A DNA stretch of 64,000 nt from Candidatus Marinacidobacterium sp. (GTDB lineage Bacteria > Acidobacteriota > Vicinamibacteria > Marinacidobacterales > Marinacidobacteraceae). The stretch spans positions 1,888,001 through 1,952,000 of the forward strand of contig OZ244852.1 of assembly GCA_965220965.1 (NCBI GenBank), written 5' to 3'. Below, piece by piece: positions 10,301 to 19,000 of this stretch. Below the pieces are notes generated by a model, which was not told the DNA's origin, did no database searches, and was given only the letters and a program-made list of their open reading frames with translations. Position numbers and translations under genes: made by a program. The stretch's first letter is position 1. Every line of letters starts with the position of its first letter.

Positions 10301-11311
10301 GCGCTCGTATCCGGGGCGGTGTCGTTCGAGGAGGCCGACTTCGCCGGGGTGGATCTCCGCCTCGGGCTTGCCGATGTGCGGTTGCGCTACCCCCGGGATC
10401 TGACCGCCACGATCGGCGCCGACCTCCAGTTGGTGGGAGACCGCAGCGGCCGACTCCTCTCCGGGGAAGTGCGGCTGGACGAGGCGGTCTGGAGCCGCGA
10501 GTACGAGCTGTTCTCCAGCATCCTCTCCGACCTCGACGTCGTCTCGACGCCCGCCGACGAAGAGGCCGAGGGATTCCTCGGCAACCTGATGATGGACGTG
10601 CGCGTGCTGACCGACGCCCCGTTCGCGGTGCGGAACTCCATCTTCCAGCTCGACGCGGCGGCGGACTTCGGCCTTCGCGGTTCGGCGGCGGCGCCGGCGC
10701 TGCTGGGCCGGGCCGATCTGGTGGGCGGCGAGGTCTACTTCGGCGCCCACCGGTTCCAGGTGGTGGAGGGGCGCGCCGACTTCATCGATCCGGAGGGGAT
10801 CGAACCGGTCTTCGAGATCGAGGCGGAGACCAACGTTCGCAGCTACCGCGTCCGCCTGCAGGCCTCGGGAACCATGGACCGGATCGAGGCGAATCTGACC
10901 TCGGAGCCGCCGCTCAGGGAAGCCGACGTGTATCGCCTGCTCCTGGGCGCTCCCGAGGAGGACCTTCTGACCCGGGCGCAGGACGACGATGTCGCCGCCG
11001 CCTCGGCGGCCAGCCTGCTGAGCCAGCAACTGTCGAACATGATCGGAAGGCGCGCGGGACGGGTTTTCGGGATCGACCGGCTCACCATCGATCCCTTCAT
11101 GATCGGGAGGTTCAGCAACCCGACGGCGCGGGTCACGCTGGCGAAGCAGCTCTCGCGGGATCTGAACGTGCGGTACTCGTCGAGCGTGACGGCGGCCGAG
11201 GAGTCCATCATCGTTGTGGAGTACACACCGCGCGGTCCGGTCTCGTGGATCTTCTCGCGGGACCAGGACGGCTCCCTGGGCGTGGATGTCCGCTTTCACC
11301 GCAGTTTCTGA
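7319..11311 (+). CDS. tamB: Translocation/assembly module TamB (AsmA-like) protein
   Basis: N-terminal TM anchor, long beta-rich body, and a C-terminal DUF490-like region (IEPVFEIEAET, LTSEPPL, RVTLAKQLS). Followed by an Omp85 gene. Confidence 0.85.
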   Translation: MTDREAAAASPPKNRPRRPAAQPRPHRRLRWAAILVGFAAAAVLTLVVTLSLLQDRLDRGMLLRIATARLEALLERPVAASGLDFSLLEGRFDLHDLQIGQARVDLELTGPAPPIMSLDRLQGRLGWRSLIPTGLHLEDLAISGVRVWGMDDGGSPAPATSPSAGWLTETLLARITLSSERMSFSGTTVGYRNRPTPWEVRLDDLELDFRAGDEGGVDGTLRSRVAAIRMWDRPDLVMAVEADLRLRGALLHLDEVTFTGDLLWMEGSGTLDLANDLAGPLTLTGGGRGGGVSRLMFDFHGLDTTGDPPFSFAGGAEFIEDGLAISGDLSVPAGRFYGIPIETWDGFLYIGPDRVEISSAKGVASGGEATLLLLQPQPREEHRAQIVVTAAGASLGAAASGLFGVPTTLESEFDLEADLEMVLGDPEGMTGTIRATGRVPGITPLDARRFGFVADLEMDDAQTTVRELVVEGEAFRATAEGRFPRGGTADLEVSALAGESAEGDALQQEIRRVLFGEDPAEIAWDVAGAAGFEGTVGGRWPDRLVLEGEVEGRSLSIGPIRTDTLIAIGGVGPEDMWLDSFNARRGESTLQASGVMDHGDEEYPDMDFDVSWERWDARELIDYLEWDLEADGIVSGHAETVREDEWYAGGGEVVGWDGHVLEQPFDEARAAWSLLGDRARLAPIEGSFGGGTAGGALDVGLIEWELEGRITGADFPLTPGLAPEWITLRSDFALEIGGDIEIPELALEARVPNAAVLGLELGPGAISASVLGEDFVGQGALDSGRASFDMTGKVPLGIEGEGSLRIGGIDIAPLAFEDAGERGIRMVASGTGDFFIADPLDEWMEGGGDLTSLDIEAPMLVSPVRLTGPASILVEDARVHVGGIELTDGANRLRAAGSVGLDDLLLDLRVDGAASLEAAASLVSGLRAEGTVELDTEVVGSALSPEVLGRGTLRDASFRVDGFPHELTGVNGIVNFDRRTLRISEVIGTMAGGEALVSGAVSFEEADFAGVDLRLGLADVRLRYPRDLTATIGADLQLVGDRSGRLLSGEVRLDEAVWSREYELFSSILSDLDVVSTPADEEAEGFLGNLMMDVRVLTDAPFAVRNSIFQLDAAADFGLRGSAAAPALLGRADLVGGEVYFGAHRFQVVEGRADFIDPEGIEPVFEIEAETNVRSYRVRLQASGTMDRIEANLTSEPPLREADVYRLLLGAPEEDLLTRAQDDDVAAASAASLLSQQLSNMIGRRAGRVFGIDRLTIDPFMIGRFSNPTARVTLAKQLSRDLNVRYSSSVTAAEESIIVVEYTPRGPVSWIFSRDQDGSLGVDVRFHRSF

Positions 11312-14102
11312 TCGGGCCCGCCCGGTCGGGACTCTGGCGGCGAGCCGGCGGCCCCGGGGTCCGGGAAACCGCCCTTCGCATCGCCTTCGGGCCCTGACGC
11401 TCGTCGCGGCGCTGGGCCTCGCCGCCGCCGCCCGGGGGCAGGTCGCCGACCCCGCGACCCCGGTCGAATCGGTCCACGCGGTGTGGGCCGACGGCGGCGA
11501 CGAGCCGGTCTCCGACGATGTCCTGCGGCTCATCTCGGTGCGGCCCGGCGACCCCTACCGGCCGCTGGCGGTCCGCCAGTCGGTGAAGCAGATCTTCGCG
11601 CTGGGACGATTCCGCGATGTGCGGGTGCGGTCGGCGCCGGGCGAGGAGGGCGGCGTCCGGCTGTGGTTCGTGCTCGAGCCGCTTCCCCGCGTGGTCGCGG
11701 TGGACTTCGAAGGGGCGCCGCGCGCCCAGCGGGCGGGCCTCGGGAACATCGTGGCGCTCGAGCTGGCCTCCGAGGCGCCCGACCTGACCCTCATGCGGGA
11801 GCAGGCCGAAGAATGGCTCGGGGACCAGGGGTTCCTCCAGGCGGAAGTGACGGTGCGGTCCCTCCCCGAAGGCCGTGACCTGCGGCTCGTGCTGGAGGTG
11901 TCCCCCGGACCCCTGTCCCGCATCGTGTCGTTCGTTTCCGAGGGGGCGCCCCCCGGGCTGGAGGGCGAGTTGCGCGATGCGCTTCGCGCCGAGGCCGGAC
12001 GGGTCTGGAGCCGCGCGACGTTCGATGCCCGGCTGCCCGAGGTCGAAGCGCGCCTCCGCGAGCGCGGCTTCCTGCGCGCCACCGCCGCGCTCGACTTCGC
12101 GCCGGTCGAGCCGGACGGCGTCCACGTCATCCTGCGCGTCGCGCCCGGGCCGACGATCACGCTCGACGCCGAAGCGACGGGGCTCTCCGAGCGGGTGATC
12201 CGGAACCTGCTGGACCGGATCCGGGCGGGCGGGGCCACCCCCGACGCCATCGAGTCGGCGCGGGCCGACATGCTCGCGCGACTCGTCGCGGAGGGCCATC
12301 ATGACGCCCAGGTGCTGGTCCACGAGGTCGAGGACCCGGGAGCGCGGGACGTCGCGGTCCGGTTCCGGGCGGATCCCGGGCCGCGTTACGTCGTCGGCGA
12401 CGTCATCGTGGACGGGGCCCCGGACGCCTTCGGGGAGCAGATCGAGGAGGCGACCGACCCGTTTGGCGCGGGAACGCCGTTCCGGGAGGCGGAGTGGACG
12501 GCGGCGGCGACGCGGTTCCGCCAGGCGCTGCTCCGCGCCGGCCACCCGTGGGCCGAGGTGAACGCCGACTGGGAGGCTGGCGTCGCGACCGCCGAGGACG
12601 AGGCCATCCCGATGCGGCTGCGATGGGCGGTCGCCCCCGGTCCGGCCGTCCGGATCCGCTCCATCAGCTTTGGCGGAGACGCTCCCTTCTCCGAAGGCGA
12701 GTTTCTCGCCGCGGTCGACATCGGAGCGGGGGACCCCTACTCGGTGGAGGCGGTGGTGGCCGCCCGGGAGAGTCTCGAGTCCTTCCTGGCCAACCGCGGC
12801 TTTCTCGAGGCGACGGTGACGGTGGACGCTCCCCTGAGTCCGGAGGAGGGGCAGACGGCGGTTTCGTTCCGGATCACCGGCGGCGACTACCACACGGTCG
12901 GCGAGATCATCGTGGCCGGACTCGAGGTCACCCGCGAATCGATCATCCGGGACCGCCTTCCGTTCCGGTCGGGAGACCCGCTCGGCCAGGACGATCTGCT
13001 GGAGATCCGCCGACGGCTGGCGGCGATGGGAACGTTCTCGGAGGTCGCCGTCGACCTCCTCGAACCCGAGGAGGCCGTCACCGACCGCAACCTGCTGATC
13101 CGCGTCGCGGAGGGACCCCGGACAAGCCTCGGGTACGGCGCCGGGTACGGTGAACGGGAGCAGGTCCGCGGTGAAATGGAGTGGGGCCGCAGCAACCTGT
13201 TCGGCCGGAACCACTCGGCCAGCCTGTTCGCCCGCGTGTCGCTCAAGGGAAACCGGGTGGTGGCGACCTATCGGGGCGCCGGCGGCCCGGACGGAGGCGG
13301 CCCCATCTTCGTGACCGCTTTCCGGGAGGCCCAGGACCGCGAGAGCCTCGACTTCATCCGGAGCGGCGTCGCGCTGCAGGTCACCCGCCGGCTCTTCGGC
13401 CGGGAGGTGTTCCTGCGCTACGACTTCACGACGAGCGAACTGTTCGATGTGAGGATCGCCCCGAACCAGATCGACCGGAACTACGCGGACAACCTGTGGC
13501 TGTCCACCATCTCGGCCTCCATCGTGACGGACACCCGCAACGACCCGGTGGATCCGCGCAGCGGCCGGTTCGGGATCGTCGACGCCGAGTGGTCGGCGTC
13601 GGTCCTGGGGTCGAGGGCCCCCTACATCAAGGGCCTGGCCCAGCAATACGTCTACTTCCCCATCGCCGGCGAGGTCGTGCTGGCGGCGGCGCTGCGGGCG
13701 GGAGGGGCCGTCACGATCGGCGCCGACGAGCCGGCGCTCCTTCCGATCACGACGCGGTTCTTCGCCGGGGGCGCGACGACGCACCGGGGTTTCCGTCTCG
13801 ACCAGGCCGGCCCCGTCGACTCCGGCGGCTTCCCGCTGGGAGGCAACCTGCTCCTCCTCGGCAACCTGGAGGTCCGCTTCCCGCTGTTCCGCGACCTGCG
13901 GGCCGCGGTCTTCTCCGATCACGGCGGCGTCTACAGCGAGGTGGGCTCCTTCCGGCTTCCCGATCTGAACCACGCCGTCGGAGTCGGGCTGCGCTATCAG
14001 ACCCCGCTGGGACCGATCCGTTTCGACTACGGAGTCCGATTGGGGGGCATCGGAGACGGCCGGCGCGGCCAGTGGCACTTTACGATCGGGCATGCGTTCT
14101 GA
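11286..14102 (+). CDS. Omp85 family (TamA/BamA-like) outer membrane protein with several POTRA domains
   Basis: Signal-like LTLVAALGLAAAARG, POTRA-like repeats (GLEVTRESII), DTRNDP, RFFAGG..HRGF, GNLEVRFP, GVGLRYQTPLGPIRFDYG, C-terminal FTIGHAF. The start is uncertain (ATG 11286 chosen). Confidence 0.88.
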   Translation: MSAFTAVSDRARPVGTLAASRRPRGPGNRPSHRLRALTLVAALGLAAAARGQVADPATPVESVHAVWADGGDEPVSDDVLRLISVRPGDPYRPLAVRQSVKQIFALGRFRDVRVRSAPGEEGGVRLWFVLEPLPRVVAVDFEGAPRAQRAGLGNIVALELASEAPDLTLMREQAEEWLGDQGFLQAEVTVRSLPEGRDLRLVLEVSPGPLSRIVSFVSEGAPPGLEGELRDALRAEAGRVWSRATFDARLPEVEARLRERGFLRATAALDFAPVEPDGVHVILRVAPGPTITLDAEATGLSERVIRNLLDRIRAGGATPDAIESARADMLARLVAEGHHDAQVLVHEVEDPGARDVAVRFRADPGPRYVVGDVIVDGAPDAFGEQIEEATDPFGAGTPFREAEWTAAATRFRQALLRAGHPWAEVNADWEAGVATAEDEAIPMRLRWAVAPGPAVRIRSISFGGDAPFSEGEFLAAVDIGAGDPYSVEAVVAARESLESFLANRGFLEATVTVDAPLSPEEGQTAVSFRITGGDYHTVGEIIVAGLEVTRESIIRDRLPFRSGDPLGQDDLLEIRRRLAAMGTFSEVAVDLLEPEEAVTDRNLLIRVAEGPRTSLGYGAGYGEREQVRGEMEWGRSNLFGRNHSASLFARVSLKGNRVVATYRGAGGPDGGGPIFVTAFREAQDRESLDFIRSGVALQVTRRLFGREVFLRYDFTTSELFDVRIAPNQIDRNYADNLWLSTISASIVTDTRNDPVDPRSGRFGIVDAEWSASVLGSRAPYIKGLAQQYVYFPIAGEVVLAAALRAGGAVTIGADEPALLPITTRFFAGGATTHRGFRLDQAGPVDSGGFPLGGNLLLLGNLEVRFPLFRDLRAAVFSDHGGVYSEVGSFRLPDLNHAVGVGLRYQTPLGPIRFDYGVRLGGIGDGRRGQWHFTIGHAF

Positions 14103-14817
14103 ACCCGGGGGCGCGTCCGCGGGCTCGCCCGAACGGGCCGCCGCCCGGTTCCCCGGGTTCCGGGCTACGGCGCTCGCGCTGCTCCTGACCTCGGGGGCGA
14201 CCTGGCTGGCGCCCGGGGAAGGCGGCGCGCAGGAGACGCCCGAAACGCTGGACCGGGTCGTCGCGGTGGTGGACGGCCAGCCGATCACGCTCTCGGAAAT
14301 CACCGAGTTCATCGCACTGAACCCCGGCCGGAATCCACCGCCGACGCCCGCCGAAGCGCTCGAGATCCTGATCGAGGCCCGCCTCATCGAGCGCGAGGCC
14401 CGGCGCTATCCGCTCCAGCCGCCCTCGCCGGAGGAGCTGGACGAGGCGCTCCGCCAGTTGCGCGACAGCTTCCCGAGCGCGGAGTCCTATGGCGAGACGC
14501 TGGTGCGGCTCGGCATCCGGGAGGACTACCTCAGGAAGAACCTGCGCCGGGCCCTGATCGTGGACAGCTATCTCGACCGCCGCTTCCGGCCGCTGGTCCA
14601 GGTCTCCGAGCGCGAGGTGGAGGACTACTACGAGACGGTCCTGCTCCCCGACCTCGACTCCGCCGCCGCGAGCCGGCTGGAAGAGGTGGAGGCGCTGATC
14701 CGTGATATTCTCGAACAGCGAGATCTGAATCGGCGAATCGACGCGTGGGTGGACGAACTGAAGTCCGTCGCGCGGATTGAGCGTCTTCCTCCCACCGGGC
14801 CCTTCCCAGCGGACTGA
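14092..14817 (+). CDS. SurA N-terminal domain-containing periplasmic chaperone
   Basis: Signal peptide, [40 protein letters not shown]. Located in an OMP assembly cluster. Confidence 0.8.
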   Translation: MRSEPGGASAGSPERAAARFPGFRATALALLLTSGATWLAPGEGGAQETPETLDRVVAVVDGQPITLSEITEFIALNPGRNPPPTPAEALEILIEARLIEREARRYPLQPPSPEELDEALRQLRDSFPSAESYGETLVRLGIREDYLRKNLRRALIVDSYLDRRFRPLVQVSEREVEDYYETVLLPDLDSAAASRLEEVEALIRDILEQRDLNRRIDAWVDELKSVARIERLPPTGPFPAD

Positions 14818-14901
14818 GCGTCCGACGCCGCGGTGGGGGCGTGGCGCGGCTGGACCCGTTCTTGCATGAGGTTCGCTCCGTACGGCATGGACGGCGGTCA
14901 G

Positions 14902-14927
14902 GGAACCTTCTGACGCCGTTCGTCGTT
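14902..14927 (+). promoter_or_regulatory. Candidate ECF-sigma promoter GGAAC-N17-CGTT
   Basis: GGAAC at 14902-14906 and CGTT at 14924-14927, in the intergenic region upstream of the sigma70 gene. Confidence 0.4.
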
Positions 14928-15101
14928 CCAATTTCGTCCAGCGCCGATTCCGGACAGAGCGTCCGGGAGCAGGACAAGACGGGGGATGGGGACCCCGGCC
15001 TGACCGAAGCGTCAGGCCCGCAGCGAGGACGCCTCCGCGCCGACACTTCCACACTTTCCAAGAGAACCCCAAGAAAGACGACAGTCCTGGAGGACGACAC
15101 C

Positions 15102-16136
15102 ATGGACGCCAACAACACCGAGTTCGAGACGATCGAGTTCGTGGACGAGGCCTACGAGGTCGAGGAAGAGGAGGAGGACACCTCCGAAGAGGACGCGATT
15201 TCGCAGGCCGCCGAGCTGGGCCTCGCCCCGGATACGCACCAGACGGGAGACCTCGACTCGATGGGTCTCTACCTCCGCGACACCCACCGGCACCGGCTGC
15301 TCACCAAGGACGATGAGCAGCGCTACAGCCGGGCCATGCGCAAGGCGATGGAGGAGATGGAGGACACCGACCAGATCCCCGACGCCGTGCTGCGGCAGTT
15401 CCACCGGAACCGGCAGAAGATGATCGAGGGCAACCTCCGTCTGGTCATCTCGATCGCCAAGCAGTCCCGGGGCAAGGGGCTTCCGCTCGGCGACCTGATC
15501 CAGGAGGGGAACATCGGCCTCATGCAGGCGGTCCGGAAGTTCGAGCCGGAGCGGAACCTGAAGTTCTCCACCTACGCCACCTGGTGGATCCGGCAGGCCA
15601 TCTGGCGAGCTCTCTCGCAGAAGTCCCGCACGATCAAGGTGCCGATCAACAAGCTGGATCTCCACCGCAAGGCGGCCAAGGTGCGCGCCGAGCTCGACCA
15701 GCGCTACCGGAACGACCCGACCCGGACCGGCAAGGCGCAGAACCCCACCGTCGAGGACGTCGCGCGCGAGATCGGAGTGCCCACCGAGAAGCTCCGGGAT
15801 GCGCTGCGCTCCGTGCCCCAGGTGGAATCGCTCGACGCCCCGCTCGTCCCCGAGGGAACCCCGCGCGTCGCGCTGACTCCGGATCCGCGGCAGTTGAACC
15901 CCATCGAGGGGGTCGCCGACGCCGAGCAGCGCCGCCACGTGCGCGATGCGATCTCGGATCTGCCCGACCGTCTGCAGCACGTGCTGCGCCGCCGGTTCGG
16001 CATCGACGGGGGCGGCGAGGCCAACCTGGAGGAGATCGGGCGCGAGCTGAGCCTCACCCGCGAGCGGGTGCGCCAGCTCGAGACCGAGGCGCTCTGCCGG
16101 CTCCGCCAGGACCCACGCCTCCACTCGTCCGCCTGA
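15102..16136 (+). CDS. RNA polymerase sigma-70 factor, RpoD/RpoS-like without region 1.1 (group 2-like)
   Basis: Region 1.2 [12 protein letters not shown], region 2 [34 protein letters not shown], region 4 [26 protein letters not shown] before ATG 15102. Confidence 0.92.
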   Translation: MDANNTEFETIEFVDEAYEVEEEEEDTSEEDAISQAAELGLAPDTHQTGDLDSMGLYLRDTHRHRLLTKDDEQRYSRAMRKAMEEMEDTDQIPDAVLRQFHRNRQKMIEGNLRLVISIAKQSRGKGLPLGDLIQEGNIGLMQAVRKFEPERNLKFSTYATWWIRQAIWRALSQKSRTIKVPINKLDLHRKAAKVRAELDQRYRNDPTRTGKAQNPTVEDVAREIGVPTEKLRDALRSVPQVESLDAPLVPEGTPRVALTPDPRQLNPIEGVADAEQRRHVRDAISDLPDRLQHVLRRRFGIDGGGEANLEEIGRELSLTRERVRQLETEALCRLRQDPRLHSSA

Positions 16137-16144
16137 GAACCACC

Positions 16145-16187
16145 CAGTCCGAGGGGAGGGCGGTCTTCCGTCCTGACCCTTGGGCTG
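16145..16187 (+). terminator. Long GC-rich hairpin after the sigma factor gene (possible terminator)
   Basis: cagtccgaggg/cccttgggctg outer stem and agggcgg/ccgtcct inner stem. No U-tract. Confidence 0.35.
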
Positions 16188-16265
16188 ATCGGCGAGTCCT
16201 CCTGCGGCCGCCTGACGACCGACGGGGCTGAGGCGCCTCGGCTCGCGTCGTACCATTCAGGCGTC

Positions 16266-17912
16266 GTGCCTATCCGCCTTCGCAGCGTCCCGGGGCCTCT
16301 CCGGGTCGCCCGCCTCGTCGCCGTCCTGCTGGGCGCCGGCGCGCTCTCGACCGGGACGGCCGGAGCGCAGGAAGAACGGTCCCTCGATCTGACGACGGCG
16401 ACCATCGCCGAACTGAACGAGGCGATGGACGCCGGCGCCCTCACCTCGGAGCGGCTGGTGGAGCTGTGCCTGGCGCGGATCGAGCGCTACGACGATGAGG
16501 GGCCGCGGATCAACGCGGTCGTGAGCCGGAACCCGCGAGCTCTCGAACGGGCGCGGGAACTCGACGCGGAGCGCGCGGCGAGCGGACCCCGATCGCCGCT
16601 GCATGGGATTCCGGTGGTGATCAAGGACAACTTCGACACCGCCGACATGCCGACGACGGCCGGCTCCTTCCTGCTCGCCGATTCCCTCCCGCCCGACGAC
16701 GCGTTCGTCGTGCGACGCCTCCGCGAGGCCGGCGCCATCGTGCTGGCGAAGGTCAACCTGAGCGAGTTCGCCTCCGGCGGAGCGATGAGCTCGTTCGGCG
16801 GGATCACCCGCAACCCCCATGATCCCGCCCGCACCCCGGCGGGCTCTTCCGGAGGCACCGGCGCGGCGGTGGCCGCCGCCTACGGTTTCCTGGGCCTCGG
16901 TTCCGATACCGGCGGCTCGGTGCGCTGGCCCTCCACCGCGAACGGGATCGTGGGACTCAAGCCCACGATGGGTCTCGTCAGCCGCGACGGCATCGTGCCC
17001 CTGGCGCTCTCGTTCGACACCGCCGGCCCGATGGCGAGGAGCGTCCACGATGTCGCGGTGGGGCTCTCGGTCCTCGCCGGTCCGGATCCCGCCGACGCCG
17101 CCACCACCCGGAGCGCGGGCAGCGCCCACGGCGACTACCGGGAGTTCCTCGACTCCGCGGCGCTCGAGGGCGCCCGGCTCGGGCTCGCCCGCGATTTCCT
17201 CGGCTCGGACAACGAGGTGGACTGGGTGGTGGAGGCGGCGGTCGAGGCGATGCGCGCCGCCGGCGCGGAGGTCGTGGACGTCCGTTTCCCCGGCTGGCTG
17301 CTGGAGGTCGAGGACGACTTCTACACCGCCGTGCGCTGGCCCGAGTTTCGCCACCAGATCCAGGAGTACCTGGCCACGCTCGGCGACGGATATCCCCGCG
17401 ACCTGGACGAGCTGGTGGCCCGCTCCCGCGAGCTCGCCGCCCGCGGCGAAGGCGGCCGCCCGAATCCCGGCCGCTGGAGCCTCTTCCTTCGCGAGAACGC
17501 GAGCGGCGACGTCACCGACGCCACGCACGTGGCGGTCCGGGAGCATGCGCTGCCGCTGGTCCGGGCGGTCGTTCAGGGCCTGATGGACGACCAGGCGCTC
17601 GACGCGATCGTGTATCCCACCGCGTCGGTCCGCCCGGCGCGTCTCGACCGCGACCCCGGGGTCGCGCAGCCGGCGCCGTCTCCGGTCCGGTTCGCCAACC
17701 TGACCGGGTTTCCGGACCTGATCCTCCCGGCGGGCTTCACCAGCGGCGGGCTGCCGGTCGGGGTCTCGTTCCTCGGGCGGGCGTTCAGCGAACCCCGCCT
17801 CCTGGCGCTCGGCTACGCCCTCGAGGCGCGTCTCCAGGCGCTGCGCACTCCAGAGCACACGCCCCCGCTTCCGGGGGAGCGGATCCGCTGGCGCGACCCC
17901 TCCGGGGAGTGA
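16266..17912 (+). CDS. Secreted amidase signature family protein
   Basis: Signal peptide, LHGIPVVIKDN (Lys), GSSGG (Ser), SDTGGSVRWP (nucleophile Ser), GLKPT. Confidence 0.92.
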   Translation: MPIRLRSVPGPLRVARLVAVLLGAGALSTGTAGAQEERSLDLTTATIAELNEAMDAGALTSERLVELCLARIERYDDEGPRINAVVSRNPRALERARELDAERAASGPRSPLHGIPVVIKDNFDTADMPTTAGSFLLADSLPPDDAFVVRRLREAGAIVLAKVNLSEFASGGAMSSFGGITRNPHDPARTPAGSSGGTGAAVAAAYGFLGLGSDTGGSVRWPSTANGIVGLKPTMGLVSRDGIVPLALSFDTAGPMARSVHDVAVGLSVLAGPDPADAATTRSAGSAHGDYREFLDSAALEGARLGLARDFLGSDNEVDWVVEAAVEAMRAAGAEVVDVRFPGWLLEVEDDFYTAVRWPEFRHQIQEYLATLGDGYPRDLDELVARSRELAARGEGGRPNPGRWSLFLRENASGDVTDATHVAVREHALPLVRAVVQGLMDDQALDAIVYPTASVRPARLDRDPGVAQPAPSPVRFANLTGFPDLILPAGFTSGGLPVGVSFLGRAFSEPRLLALGYALEARLQALRTPEHTPPLPGERIRWRDPSGE

Positions 17913-17918
17913 TCGGCG

Positions 17919-18467
17919 CTACGCGGTCGGTTCCAGTTCGACGCCCAGACCGTTCGCCAGCCGGTTCACGAAACCGTAGTAGGACGCGACGGCGCAGGCG
18001 TCGTGGATGTCCCGGTCGTCCAGCCCGGCGTCCCGCAGCGGCGCGAGGTCAGCCTCGGTGACGGCCGCCGGCGCGCGGGTGAGCTTGACCGCGTAGTCCA
18101 CGAGAGCGCGGGTCCGCCGCGGCAGCGGCGCGGTCTCCGGATCGCGTACGAGCGCGTCCACCGTCCCGGGGTCCCGGATGAGGCGGAGGAGACCCCTCCG
18201 GTGATGCTCGATTCAGTAGTGGCACTCGTTGGTGACGGACACCGCCACCGCGAGGAACTCCCGCTCCGCGGGCGTGAGCCCGGACGGACCGCGCATCAGG
18301 TGCTCGTAGAGCCCGAGGTGGCGCTCCAGCGTCTCGGGATTCAGGCTCGAGACCGTCAGGATGTGGTCGACCAGCCCGTCCGGTCGACGGTGGCGCCGAT
18401 AGATGTCCCGCAGGCGGCCGGCGCCGGCCTCCGGATCCGTGGGGGCGACGGTGCGGATCCAGGCCAA
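17919..18467 (-). CDS. AhpD/carboxymuconolactone decarboxylase-like peroxidase-related enzyme, probable selenoprotein (CxxU; UGA at 18213-18215)
   Basis: TTG start (MAWIRTV). One frame reads ...EREFLAVAVSVTNECHY-UGA-IEHHRRGLLRL...ALVDYAVKLTRAP...YYGFVNRLANGLGV. The UGA occupies the second Cys of the AhpD CxxC-x3-H motif, with a hairpin just downstream. Confidence 0.85.
18184..18200 (-). promoter_or_regulatory. Candidate bacterial SECIS element
   Basis: The mRNA reads UGA AUCGAGCAUCAC CGGAGG-GGUCU-CCUCCG: a 6-bp GC-rich stem with a G-initiated GGUCU loop, starting 12 nt after the UGA. Confidence 0.7.
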
Positions 18468-18521
18468 GGGGTTCTTCGGCGCGGGACGAAGTCCCGGCTT
18501 CGTTCTAGGATACCGACCCCC

Positions 18522-18995
18522 GTGATCGAGATCGCCTGCGACGGCTCCTGCCTCGGGAACCCGGGACCCGGCGGTTGGGCCGCGGTCGTGTGCTCCGATT
18601 CCGGGGAGACCGTCTTCACCGGCGGCGCCCCCGAGACCACGAACAACCGGATGGAGCTCGAGGCGGCGATCGCCGCCGTCCAGGCGGCGCCCTCGCAGGA
18701 GCGCGCCGTGGTCCTGTGCGACAGCCGCTACGTCGTCCAGGGAATCACCGAGTGGCTCCCGGGCTGGGTGCGGCGGAACTGGAGGACGGCGGGGAAGAAG
18801 CCGGTGAAGAACGTCGACCTCTGGCGCAACCTGGCCGAGGCCTCGCGCTCCCGCCCGCTCGTCTCCTTCCGCTGGGTTCCGGGGCACGCCGGGCACGAGG
18901 GCAACGAACGGGCCCACACCCTGGCGCTGCGCGAGGCCCGTCGCCAGCAGGGCCTCGCCGAAGCGCCGCGGCCCACCGGGCGCCTCCCGTTCTGA
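18522..18995 (+). CDS. rnhA: Ribonuclease HI
   Basis: CDGSCLGNPGPGGW, TTNNRMEL, DSRYV, KPVKNVDLW, WVPGHAGHEGNERA. Confidence 0.93.
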   Translation: MIEIACDGSCLGNPGPGGWAAVVCSDSGETVFTGGAPETTNNRMELEAAIAAVQAAPSQERAVVLCDSRYVVQGITEWLPGWVRRNWRTAGKKPVKNVDLWRNLAEASRSRPLVSFRWVPGHAGHEGNERAHTLALREARRQQGLAEAPRPTGRLPF

Positions 18996-19000
18996 ACGGC

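Noticed and set aside
14841-15101. N-terminal extensions in the ORF track (sigma from 14841; also rnhA 18003, phzF 18575, trpB 34700, trpA 34573, STAS 60720)
   Set aside because: Downstream starts have an SD, an overlap or a -10 context and match family N-termini. The extensions are low-complexity.
17919-18467. Pseudogene or two-gene reading of the AhpD-like locus
   Set aside because: The only lesion is a UGA at the catalytic Cys position, followed by a SECIS-like hairpin. Selenocysteine recoding is the more economical explanation.
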